DNA of 64,000 bases, from the NCBI GenBank assembly GCA_030141605.1, contig JAQGDQ010000008.1, forward strand, positions 496,001-560,000, read 5' to 3'. Shown here piece after piece: positions 16,001-28,400 of this stretch. The DNA comes from Tubiluchus corallicola (Eukaryota; Animalia; Priapulida). The position numbers and the translations under genes were made by a program. The notes below the pieces were generated by a model. The model searched no databases. It saw nothing but the letters and a program-made list of their open reading frames with translations, and was not told where the DNA came from. The first letter of the stretch is position 1, and every line of letters starts with the position of its first letter.

Positions 16001-19000
16001 ACCATATAATTTTACTGTTTACTTGTACTCATTTATATTTTTGTGTATATAAATGTATATATTTATTTTTGTGCCTAATAAATAAAAAATAATGATAAAT
16101 AAATTACGTTAAGAAAGTGGAAGAGGAGAGAATTAGACATCCATTTGATGGTAGGCATAGTAAGCCTATTTAGATTTCCAGAGAGTTTTTCAGTCTTTCC
16201 GAATTCGCCCAAAAAACTTTTTTTTAGTTTTTCTTGAGGCTTACAGGAAGCGCTATACTCTTTGAAAACAGAAAGCACTTTGCTATTCGATGTAGTGGGT
16301 CACTTTAAAAAAATTGTACTAGAGCTAAAAGCAATTGTGTAATTCCAGGCTATATTTCAGAGATTTTGTACATGGAAAACTGTAAGGCACCCTGCTTGTA
16401 ACATTTGTTTATGACTCTTATGTATGTAAGTTGTATCTATTAGAGCATTAACTTAATTAAAGGGGTAAAGAATAACAAGCAATTACTATGTGAAATGCCT
16501 GTGCATTACTGAATCCATTTTATGAATCATTAATGCTTTGATGATAATCTTACTATTGCTTAATCCATAAAAAACTTTCTTATAGGTACTGTTCTCATTT
16601 CCAGTGATCCCAGTGACTGTACAGACGGTGAGTAGTACTTTGGTTTTTTTTTGGTAGACCATGTGTTTAGAATGCATGTATTTTCAGTGGTTTAGCAGTT
16701 TCCTTTATTACCCTAAACAGGCCCGTCTTAAGGCAAGTGCATGCTGGGCATCTGAGCTTTTTTTGGCTCCACTCTGTCGTATTGTTAAAAAAGTTGTGAA
16801 GTTTTCTTAGCAATTTGACAAATTACTGGTCTATTCATACTTTAAGGACAGATTTGCCACCTCCTATTTGGCATCTATTGTACTTATGTACTTATAAATT
16901 ACAAAAAAAGTTTGCATATTACACTAGCTCTTCGCACAACTCAAGTAAATTTAAACACATAAAAAAAGTGCAGGCAGCTGCCATTAATTATCGTAACACC
17001 ATTGTTTTTAGTAGCAAGTAGCAGCAGTACACTGCTTGTCATGAAAACTTCCTTGCACATGCAAAAGCATTTATTTTAACTGGCTTTCACACTTGTATAT
17101 TGAAACTGACATGTCCAACACCATTCACTTCAAGCCCATTATAAATCAATTATGTGCAAAGAAATCTCTCAACAACCTGTGTGTTGATTAATAAGTATAT
17201 ATGCTCATTTCTATAAACTGTAGAATCTATCACTTACACATTGAAATTATTGTGCTTTCTAGACTAGAGATATAAAGTTAAGTATTTAGGATCTGTTAAG
17301 TAACTTTAAATTTCACTATTTAAAATTAGGTGACGATTCAAATAATTTTAACATACGCTTTCTATCTTTAGAGAATAATGAAAAGCATTTAGACTTTTTT
17401 GGCATTGGGCACAACACTAGGCTCCGATGTGATGACTTTTTCCAGAACTTCGAAATTATCGTCAACATTTATCACAGGTAAGCAGTTTTCATATTTCACT
17501 ATAGTAGTTTGTTTCTTCCAAAGTGACTAATAGTGTGTCAGATCGCATTGGATAGTTACGTTTCATAGTGTGAAACTTGCCGGCAATGTAGTTAAAAATA
17601 TACATAACATGGCACCCTCAGAAATTATTGAGTTTGTACTGATTAAGTTTCCATACACGATTGTGAAAAAAGTCATTTTGAGTGTGTCAGTTTGTCAACC
17701 ATAACAATAAATTAATCCAGTCGTATAAATGAACAGTAAACCTGTGCTGCAAGGATAAGAAATAAATTAACTCATATAAACCTATATGTGAATGGTAGAG
17801 CAGGTAATTTGTAATCATAAGCACTCAAGTTCACTGGTTCATAATATTCGGCTACTCCTTTTCTGGACAGAATTGTTCGTAATTAATTGTTGTTTCTTGT
17901 ACATTGTTGAGATTATTAAATATAACTTATCGTTGTGACTTTGAGATTCTTGAAAGCATACTAGCTTCTGATTAAGTTAATAATTGCAGTACCATTGCTT
18001 TAAACAATGCTGTTAATAGTCTATATGTGTGTGACCCATTGACGAACAAGAAGCAGCTTAACAAGTTATTTTTTCAAAATGTTGATTTTTTATCTCGGTA
18101 GTTAAAGTCAAACAAGTTCTTATTTCTCCTTAACTTCGTTGGGCTGTTTTTTCGGCTGTAATTTCTCATTTGTGCAACATAAAATATTTAAATTTTTTGA
18201 TTTTATTTCAGTGAAGAGTTGACAAGAGAGGTGGACTTTGAGATTATTGGAGATGTAGCGGAACTCAAGGCTAAGCTGGAAAAAGAACCCAATGAAAATG
18301 AGGCGATTCCAAATCAAGTCGATGGTAAAGTAGAAAATGAAGTTGTTGAAAAGGCAGAGAGAACTAACGGTCAACGAAATGGCACAGCCGACGCTAAGTC
18401 CAATGGTCCTCATCAGCCTAAAGGTAGAGTTTTTGAACTCATTCAAATTTCTTAAAATTATTACTTGTTTATATGCCATTTGCTTGCACAGTTCTTGATG
18501 ATAGTTTATGACAGTAAGTTAACTTTTTGTTATTTGTGACATTTATGGGGTGAGGTGGATTGCCATATGCTTGGCGTGCTTAGCTAAAGTTAAGCACTGC
18601 ACTGTAGAGACTGGGTTCGTTACATAAATGGGTGATGCTGAGTTTGATGCTCATTCTGTGCAACACCATTCGCTTTACTGGTTCGGTATGTTTACCTCAG
18701 TTTCGTCAGCCTTGATAATGAGCCAGATTTTGGTCCCATTGATGAATGTTTGACTAACATTTGCTGTATGTCGAATTATGAATAAAAATATTAGTCAGTA
18801 TAAATTTGACGTCCTGGTAATCTTTTGCGAATGACATATAAACAGACAAGAAATAAAAAAGTGAAGTTTTATCTCATTATGTAAGTATTTTATTTTTACT
18901 GTTTGGGCATTGAGTGAGCAACTCTAGTGACTACTAATTCCAATAAAGAAATAATAAGGTAATATTTTTAACAGATGTTGATATGGTGAGCCTTCTAAGT

Positions 19001-19150
19001 GACGAGGAAGATGATGCTAGCAAAGGAAATAAGCTCATTAGAAAAAGGAAGGTTTCAAACGGGGATGACCATGCGACTGCTGTGATTAAAAAGGCCAGAG
19101 TCGAGCATGCGGCACCACCGACCGATGATGAAGATTTGATTGTTCTTTGA
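1079..19150 (+). CDS. UBA2: SUMO-activating enzyme subunit 2 (E1 catalytic subunit), 5'-partial; 16 exons in window
   Basis: GT-AG exons in consistent phase: 1079-1149, 2810-2874, 3747-3847, 7086-7207, 7954-8021, 8514-8647, 9164-9263, 9898-10064, 10353-10446, 10576-10688, 10923-11024, 11652-11763, 16586-16627, 17372-17477, 18212-18423, 18975-19150 (TGA). Translation gives [27 protein letters not shown], the Zn motifs CYEC and CPVC, catalytic [35 protein letters not shown], a basic NLS (RKRK...KKAR) and a SIM-like end DDEDLIVL*. The first ~70 aa appear to lie upstream of the window. Confidence 0.96.
2170..2330 (-). mobile_element. Fragment of Tc1/pogo-like MITE, second copy at ~24869-25045
   Basis: The reverse complement (…tttaacgacgttttgttttaacaacgttgaacttttgacatcttt…) aligns by eye with 24897-24940 (tttagcgacgttgttttaacaactctgaacatttgacatcttt). 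Confidence 0.55.
4065..4865 (-). mobile_element. 5'-truncated, decayed LINE 3' end (CR1/L2-group-like)
   Basis: The minus strand reads [24 protein letters not shown], resembling the region C-terminal to CR1/L2 RT. It is followed by AATAAA and a (TATT)n-like tail at ~4065-4100. Confidence 0.5.
4914..6755. mobile_element. Non-autonomous DNA transposon, Kolobok-like
   Basis: TTAA at 4910-4913 and 6756-6759 flank terminal inverted repeats AGGTCCACTGACAC / GTGTCATAGGACCT (12/14 match). A TTAA TSD with RR..YY termini fits Kolobok. No transposase ORF. Confidence 0.7.
6217..6346. repeat. 62-bp tandem duplication (2 copies plus a partial third)
   Basis: tactgtt…cagcct.cacacagtttgaataatagtacagtaacatcatagtg starts at 6217 and again at 6279. 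Confidence 0.85.
12880..16104 (+). mobile_element. Decayed non-LTR retrotransposon (CR1/L2-group LINE; APE endonuclease + RT pseudogene) in UBA2 intron
   Basis: Endonuclease motifs [12 protein letters not shown] (~13020), [14 protein letters not shown] and MGNLN. RT motifs [60 protein letters not shown] and LALNTSKT. Many stops and frameshifts. 3' UTR stem-loop at 15910-15962 and an AATAA-rich tail at 16077-16104. The 5' boundary is uncertain and may extend to ~12050. Confidence 0.9.
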
Positions 19151-19331
19151 GGACAGCTGTTTTTAATAACAACTCAATGGGCTAGCCTAGTCACAGTGAA
19201 CGTCATCTTCCTAACATCCCACCAAACTAATGTGAAATTGAGGTCATTCTGTGTTAGCTAATTATTGGTGGCAACAGTCAGTGTCATTAGAGCACATTAC
19301 ATTTACAGAATGATTATGTTTTCGTAACTTA

Positions 19332-19337
19332 AATAAA
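19332..19337 (+). terminator. Probable UBA2 polyadenylation signal
   Basis: First AATAAA after the UBA2 stop, ~180 nt downstream. Confidence 0.5.
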
Positions 19338-21081
19338 ACGGTTGTCTTTTGACATAACTAACAATCGTACTACATTGGCTATCGGTATATATTTATGACT
19401 TACCTTGTGGCCCAGACTTCGGCATCTCTAGATTTTTGTATGTACTTCAGCCATAAAACTTCTTTAATGTGAATGAGTACTTTTCCCAAAAGTGAATGGA
19501 ACACCATTATGTAATATTCAGCCATGCTTATTCTTTAGTTTTTAGGAAAAATTAATGTAATTATGCTGGTACTTATGCAATTGTAATTCCATTTAGCTCA
19601 AGTGTTAATGTATTTGATAAATGTAAATGTCATATTAATTTTTGACCAATTTTTTTATAATCTATTCATTTGCATGCAAAGCATTTAGCTTCTTAATTTA
19701 TTTGATGCGTTATCGTTTGTCTCATTGCTTGTGTGTTAATGTTTGCAATTTAAAGTTCAAGTATATTCAAAACCTGCTGCAATGCTGCCCTTCAAATAAT
19801 CCAATTTCTAATGAAGTGACATTTGCACTTGTACATTACACATTCTACATAACCATTCTACCAAATTCTTTTAGTTCTGTACCATTAGTAAGATCAAATA
19901 AGTAAAAGCAGGTTGATATTGTTAATACATGTACATCACATCTGCGATGTTTAAAAGCTTTTCTGGAAATAGTCGCCAGAAAAAATAATGAAGGAATTGG
20001 CAAAGTGTGAAATTAGCACTCTCTAAATTTAGCTGTTACTAACTTGTGTCGGTGCTATTGCGTGTTGCCAGTTTAATTGTAGAGTCATAGAAATCTGTAA
20101 TGTCATAGAATTAAGCTGACTCTGACCTGACTGTGAAAAGTATAAAAACGCTTTGTCTAACAAGCTAACATACCATAAAAGCATTGATTTTCTAATCTGT
20201 GTCAAATGTAGTTGTACAAGGAAGAAGTAACCAAATGATATTAAATGTGAAAGTAGGAATTCTTAATTTTCATTAAGTTGCAAAGAAGAAGATACAGTGG
20301 AGCACATTCTTAAGTGTACAGTGACAAAGAATGTTCTACTGGTGTATGAAATCATCAAGACCTATTAAAATAAACCTTAAGATAATTTCTTAATCATAAC
20401 GGAGAGAGCAACTACCACAGAGACTAAAAGAAAATTGGAGAAAGAAAGAGTTATACATATAGAAATAATAGGCGATTCAATTGTGTTGCTTGTGTCTTAT
20501 GCATTAGATTAGTTACATAATTTATATAAACATGCATGGTCTACTGTAAAATATGCACTTCAACACCAAAAATCCATTGTATCTAAGCAACATAAAATGG
20601 CATTTTTGTAACAAAACAAAAAATAAATATTATTGTCGGTAACTATTCCTGTTGTTAATTCTTAACCATATTTTCCACTCTGTTATGTTCAGTGAGCAAA
20701 AGTGATTTTTTATTAAGCAGAAAAGCGATACAGTTGCCTTTTTGCATGTAAAAAATATTAGGTGAACAGATTTAGTACTTTATTACAGTTTTTCTGTTAT
20801 TTTGCAATGATAACCAAATGCATAACCAGCTGTGCTATGAAAAAATTAACTGGTTTATCACCATCTTAGCCATAGTGTATGGAAATAGAAAGGCCTTTCT
20901 TAAGTCACTGAAGCAATTTTAAGCACTTATTATAAGAGCCGTTATATTAAAAATTACATACCGAAACATTAATTCATTCAGATTAAATACAACTTAGCCT
21001 TCTTTACATTTTATTGAAGGTAAAGACTGAAAATCCTTGAATTAGGTAACAAATATTAAGTGACTTGCATTGACAACTAAC

Positions 21082-22169
21082 TGACAATGTTTCAGACGTG
21101 ATCAGAAACTGAATATTTTGCAAACAATAGTTGTAAAATTGAGCCTTAAAAATGAAGAGACGATAGTCTTTTTTGAAAGTACTTATTTTCTTTTATTGAA
21201 TTCTCCTTGCTTGAGTACATAGTCCATTTCACAATGAAATCTCAGCATTTAACTGTTCAGCCCGTCACCCACATGTTAAGAATCAACCAATCTCCACATA
21301 TCTTATATCAATTAGTTTGTCTCATTGAGACCTTGCATTTAATACACTACAAGCTCGTTTCGGTTGACAGTGAAAGGCACTTGTCTCCTCAACCCCTATT
21401 TTGTCCCCTAGTGGGGTCACAGGTTAACCATTCTCATTGTAAGCAGTGCCATTTGATTCGTCTCATCGAGGCCTTTTATTTGACATGGTACTATTCGTAC
21501 GCACTCGATTCATTTATGTTCCCGACCCCCAGTGTTCGGTTTGTAAATACTGGGGTCAGAGATCAACCTTATGCCATTCAGTTTGTCTCGTCGACTCCTA
21601 TTTTGCCCCTATTGTCATTGTAACCATCATAAAACCATGTTAACTATGCCGTTCAATCTGCCTCATCGAGACTTTCGTTTGATATTCTACAAGGCACCAT
21701 CGCTCGACACTCGGTGCACTTCTGTTCCCGTAACCCTGTTTCCGGTTCTTGCCCCCTAATGACAAGGCCACGACCCCACCTAACAACATGCCAAATATTG
21801 TGGCCCTGCTGAAAATCTATGGGAGCAGATGATTATAAAAGAATAAATGTAGACCTGCCCGCTCCGTGACCTTTTACCCGGCAGCTCGTGTCACACGTAT
21901 ACATAAACAACTTTGCCCAGAGAGTGCACCCTGTGAGTTTCGTGTCCCTAGGCCTCATGTAAAAAGGCACCAATTGGGGGGACTTCAAATTTTGCATTTT
22001 AGCCCCTCCCTCGGGCGTTTAAAGCTTGTCGGCTTTTTAAAACCCTAGGTGCACATCTACCTCACAGTACCCAAATACTTGTTAAAAAAAATTGAAAAAA
22101 CGGAAAACGCTAGGAGGAGACGCGACTTAAAGGAAAAACTGGCCGATGCCCACTGCCCTTCCCCCCTTG
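21082..22169 (+). mobile_element. ~1.1 kb non-autonomous repeat element with internal ~149-bp subrepeats (copy A)
   Basis: Colinear with the reverse complement of 46913-47938, from tgacaatgtttc.gacg…cagaaactgaa to aaggaaaaactg…ccactgcccttcccccttg. Confidence 0.85.
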
Positions 22170-22420
22170 CTACAGCAAAATCTTAATTATAAGCAAAATG
22201 ATAGTGAAGTGTTGTTATAATAATATTTGCTTACTTAGAAGGTTGCGGTTTGCAGCTTTCGTAACTGGGTCAACATTGACCCACCAGTGCAGCAACTTTT
22301 CCTTTACAAACGTGCACGCAGCTTGCTTTTTATTGCTTCAGCGTAGCATTTAGCAGTGAATATTAAACTTTAGTAGTATAAGTAAATTTGGGTAAAAATT
22401 TTCTATTTCAAAAGGCAACA

Positions 22421-25400
22421 ATGACTGCATTTGAAGGTATTTTTATTGACTAATAATTTTTGAGCTGTTAAGGTTTAGTGTTGTATTTTTGTCCAGTAGT
22501 ACAGAGAAAATTATATTATAAATATACTTAGGTTAGGTTTATTCAGGGATACTACCAGAAATGTTGGGTCAATTGCTGTTAGAATGTAGTATGACTAGTA
22601 TCACTACAAGTGCAATTGCTTTCATGAAAAGTTGCGGCGCTACTAATGCAATTACTTTTTTAAAAAAGTATTTGCAGCTGCAGTTACTGTATGAAAGTAG
22701 AACCGCTGCGCGTTTACTTCTAAACAGCGTTGATATAGTGCACTGCAAAATGTAGGTAGCACATTAAAGAGCTTGTTTTTAGATGTAATAACCAAATTGT
22801 TAAATTTCTGCTAAAAAACCCAAATACAAACACAAATTGCATCACGGTTCTTAGTGAGCAGTTTATAGTTTAAACAAACGAAGAGTATGCATATATTGCT
22901 AACAGAATAGTAAATTATTTATTATATTATTATTCATATCGCATTTTACCACTTAGTGTTAAGTGATAAACTACTGTCCATGCTTCAAATAAGTTTATTT
23001 GCTTTAAAAATATTTTTTTAAATGGCCACTAAGCAACTGTTCACCTTTTGGGCAGAATACGTTTTCCTAGAGAAGACTCATGAGTAACAATGACTAGTAA
23101 AGCATAAGACACATTAACTGTGAACAGTATGAATTAAATTTAGTACAGTAGTTGTATTGTACTGGACTGTACTGGAGTTAACATACCCCCAGAAACTTTT
23201 GTCAAGACTGTATTATTTTTCTCAGTCTTATTATTATTATCATTCTATTATCTAATATCATTCTCAGTATATGTATGTGTAAGTATGCGTGTAGGTAATG
23301 TATGTATATAGGCATGATCCATTTTTTATGAATTTATGTAATTATGACTTTGATTAATTGTCACTAGCACAATGTTAATGTTACTAACATCAAATTAGAG
23401 ATGACTGACTGGGTGACCGTATGGTCTTTAGTCACCTTTGCTCAAATTTATCTGTATAATATGCACTAACATCTTAACTACTGTATTAAGTTTATGAAGC
23501 TAAATAAATTTACTATTACTATTATTATAGTATTACAACATTACTTGAAAAAAGCGCTACTAATTTTAGTAGTGACGATATGTACTAGCACTATTGTCCA
23601 GACTACTTGTAATATATAACCATGGAAACTGAAATCATTAGGGTGCCATGATTAGCATTTCTCACAAAACCTGTGTCTAAGTAAATGCATTATACGCTGT
23701 TGACGTTTTCTCTTGATGTTGTTTTAAAAGAGCTTGTGCCTGTCTTACCATAATATAGCACTTATAGCCTACACGGCAATACATAATATGACACATGCGG
23801 TATCATGGCCGAGGCATTACATGGACATTTTTCTTGCAGAGTTTGGAGTACTTCCAGAGATCTCCAAGGCAGTAGAGGAAATGGATTGGACGTAAGTATT
23901 ACTCATGGAATTAATTACATAATAGGAAATTAAACATTAATTTTGTTTTCCTTTTTATCAATTTGCAGTTATAGATATTCTCTAAAATTCTCTTAATGTA
24001 TTTTTAAAACCTCCAATAAATCTTTTTAGGCTTCCTACAGACGTGCAAGCCGAGGCCATTCCTCTTATACTTGGTGGTGGAGATGTTTTGATGGTAAGAG
24101 GAGTCTTCGTCAAGTTATTCCAGCCGAACTTGAAACAGTGTCATTTACCATTGCACTCGATTTTGCATTTATAGTTACTTGACAAGATAACACTCTTCCT
24201 GAATAAAGCTTAAAAATTCGTCTTGAAATTTTGTAACACGCTGTCTTATTGCATAACAAGAGCTTGCATTAGCATTAATGCTGTATAAAACTTGTAACAA
24301 TAAACTCCCATGGTGACCGTTAAGTGCAGACATTTTAACAGTAAGTCATTTGAAATAGGTTTAGACAGCATTGCATAAAAATACACTTTTGGTGAATCTG
24401 TGGTACAGCCATGGAAAGGTGGAGTCAGTGACATTTTGCCACTTAATGTGAAAATTTTAAATTATTAAGAACTTTATTTTTCAATTACATTAGTTTTCAA
24501 ACAGGTAAGCATAATGCTACATAAATTATAACTTTGTATGGATACACCATAAAATGCCCTTTTCTTTCCCTTTAAACTATTTTAGCATTATGAATAACTA
24601 GTTAATTAATTAATATACAATGTCTGTTACTTGCTGAAAAATGAAGTGGCATTAGTTGTGCTATTTTTGATGCTTCCTCAAGATGTGAACTTTTTTGGAT
24701 TTATGCACTCGTATTTTACTTTTTTATCTTATATTATTTCAGGCGGCTGAAACAGGGAGTGGAAAAACTGGCGTAAGTATTACATTGTGGGTCTTGTTGC
24801 CAAAAATGTGTTAGGCTTTGTAAAAAGAATTTTATCTGTTTTGTGATTGTGACGCGTGACTTTTTTTACAGTAAGTCCTTGCTTAAAGACTCTCCATTTA
24901 GCGACGTTGTTTTAACAACTCTGAACATTTGACATCTTTGACAACTTAAACGCACATTTCGTTTAAACGACAATTTTTTTACTTTGCTCACAGCCATTTT
25001 TTCTTTTATCAACAACTTTTTTGCCTAATTTGAAGCATTAAAACGGTATACAGTAGTACCTCTGTTTTCGACCATAATTCGTTCCTAAAAAGTGTTTGAA
25101 AACTGATTTGGTTGAGAACCGAACCATTTATTCCCATAAGAAATAATGTAAAAGCAAATAATTCCATTCTCAAGCACCAAATGAACTGTAAAGTATTACT
25201 AAAATAATATAATAATGCAAAAATGTTTATTCAAACAATAAATATGATATAATTGATAAGAAAAACATGATAGAATTACTTTGAAAGAAAAACGTCATTG
25301 TTCCTGCATGAAAAAGTGGGGAAAAGTAAGCATATAAAGCACTTAGCGATGTTAGGCAATTCAAATGTTGTGCGTGATTACTCTCGGGCACAGTCAGTTA

Positions 25401-28400
25401 TGCTCAGCTGTACTCGGCTCGCCGCGTATGCGTTCATCACGTGTTTGGCGGTTGGTCAAGTACCGAAATTCTGGTCGAGAGCGGAAACAATTTCAGATGA
25501 GATTGAAGTCTTTGCTGCTGGTCTACATATTATCTTTTCAATTTTCAGAATAGACTTGCCTCAAAAACATTATAAACCTAATAAATATTTAGAGATTCTT
25601 GCCACGTTGATGTGCTAAAGCCACTACCATTGTTAAGACCGTTATCTTTTTTTCAGGCATTTTGTCTTCCAGTTTTGCAGATAGTTTGGGAAACCCTGAA
25701 AGATCTGCAAACAGGGAAATCTGACAAAACTGCCACAAAGTCATGCGAAGGAAGTCACCACTGGGGAATGAACCCTTACGACAGAGGAGACGCCATGGGT
25801 ACGTAAAGTACAGATCTGTACAGCACTAGTATTTGTGTTTGTGGTGCCATGGTAGAGTCATTGGTCAAAGTTTCGGAAACTGGTTTACTGGGCACCGAAC
25901 ACCATTAGTGGATCTCTGGCATGGTTCATGACTGCCACTGCTTTGATTTCATTCCAAAGGCTTTTGCCTTCAAATCCAGTAAATTTAACTAAAAGTGTTT
26001 ATTTTAAAAGTTCAGGCTTGCTCACTTGTGGCATCAGTCATATAAAATGCAAGCTCACTTTGAACTGCAAGCCTTGTTGTCTCTGTGACAGCACAAACTG
26101 TATTCAAAAACTGTATATTTTTTTCATTCAAATGCCATATGGTATTTGATGTCTGTGTCAAATTAATCTATAAAGCATCCTATTGTATTGCAACGGAAAA
26201 ACGAAGACCTAAGGTTGGTGCAGTGGACCCACAATGTTAAATGGAGGCTTGCACTATTTTATTGCCAAATTGATAAAAAACATTTCACTTACAAGTAGGA
26301 AACTGTTTTGATTCCGTCTTTTATTACAGTTACTTTGTTAGCAGCATCAGTAGTTACTCATTTCATATTCATTTTTTATCTTAAAGCAATTGATCCAGAT
26401 GGAGTCCTGTGTCAAAGCAGGGATCAAATGGGTTGGCATGGGTGCCGATCCACGAAGGGAGTCAGAGGTTCGGGTGAGTTTATCTAGCGCCAGTACTTTT
26501 TCAAAATAGCTCACATGGTTTAATCTATTGGACTTTTAGTACACTTAATTGAGTGCTAAACTTATAATAAAGATAAGCATGCACTTTCAGTCAGGCAAAA
26601 GCTGCATGTTTCATCTGGCCTCTGTTCATTAATGTTGCATTGTATTTTAAGAGCAAAAAACTATTAACTTTTTATGCAGTGCCCTTAAATAGTGTTTGTG
26701 TGGCCAGCCTATTACTTTGTGATTTCTTACAGATTTTGTTCGACTAAATCATCTCAAGTCATAAAGCTGACATCAGTAGGCTAAATACCTAATTTTGTAA
26801 AACACACCTCAGTTATGTTTATTTGGGTTTTAGTATGTTGCTTGTCTTTATTTGTCATCCAAAATTAAACACAAATGTTATAAAAAAGTTAAATTTTCAA
26901 GTTTCAAGTTTTGGGAAAGTAAGCACACAGAGTAAAATAAAAACAGGTAATACAAAACTTTCTAGAACAAACAATAAGTAAGGGTAAAATATAGCATAAT
27001 TAGAACTGTGGATGAAGAATCATCCAAACACCGAGCAGTTTACTTTCTAAAATGATAGAGTCAAATAAATAATTTTCAAGCAAAGTGCTTTGGCACATTT
27101 GCAAATACACTGTATTTTTAGGTAAATACTACTACGAAGTAACCGTGAAGGATGAAGGCTTGTGTCGTGTTGGGTGGTCCACCATGAAAAGTACTATGGA
27201 TTTAGGTGAGCTGTAGGTTTTTCTAGAATGTAATTGTCTTTTGCTTTGAAAATTTCTTGTTCTACCTGAAAATTTGAATCCAGTAATTGTTGTTATATGG
27301 ACAAATAAATGTAGTGAGTTTTTGTGTGTGTGTACTAAAAGCGTAGACAAACATTGGAGTGATTATCAGATTCTGGTCTTTCACTCTGTGATGTTTTTTC
27401 TTTGTTCATTTTCTGCTGGTATCTGCCTATGCGTACTGCTTGAGTAGCAGAGTAGTTATGGTATCACTTTTGTGTAAATTATGCAATGCTAAAAGCAGGT
27501 CAGTGATTGGATGGGTGACCACTTGGATGGGTTCAGTACTCCCTGTGTGTAGTTTCATTTGTCATACTAATTCTGCTTGTTACTTCATTTAGGTAGGACA
27601 TTTCAATCTGTGCATAATCAACACAAATACCAATTTATTGTCTGATCTGTGAGGATTAGTCTAGATTTTGAGTTAATCTACCCATAATCTGCCTGCTGCA
27701 AGGCAGATTCATCCTGCCACAACCATTCATATTTAGTAGGCAAAAACTGTTGAAAAAATTCAACTAATAACTCTGGCACTAGCTGCGACACCAACTACGA
27801 TACACGAGTAAAGACTTTTACATGTTCCAGCTGCTGCCATTGTATTTGAAATTGTTAATGATAAAGACGTACAATAAGATTAATTAAGTGTTAGTGTGTA
27901 AACCACTATTAACAACTCACTAAGACATGTTGCAACACATATATCTAACACAATTCACTATGCAATATTGTAAATGGACAAAATGGTGTAAATCAGTGGG
28001 ATGTGTATTAGGACAATGGATTATAAAAAAGCAGAAATTATGTGTGATTTTCTTAGTTAATTTTAGGTCAGTGTTTTATAAATCAATTGATCAACTCATT
28101 ATTTTACAGGCTGTGACAAGGAATCATTTGGGTATGGAGGAACTGGTAAGAAATCAACTGGAAAGCAGTTCAATGACTACGGCGGACCGTACGGGTTAAA
28201 TGATGTGATTGGCTGCTTCATCGACCTGGATTCCGGAACAATGAAATATTCAAAGAATGGAAATGACCTGGGAAATGCATTTACTGTTTCAGGAAACATG
28301 AAAAATTCTGCATTCTTTGCTGCAATTGTTCTAAAAGTAAGAGCCATGCTACCATGACCAGTTTCTAAACTAAATGAAAACATTTTTGTTACAAGTTCTG

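Noticed and set aside
18545-18720. Possible 5S rRNA-like sequence (also ~27485-27530)
   Set aside because: Only short aagttaagca…gatgggtga-like matches; at most decayed 5S-derived SINE pieces, not an rRNA gene.
21207-22048. ORFs within the repeat element (also 46958-47813)
   Set aside because: Frames are not preserved between the two copies and there are no transposase motifs.
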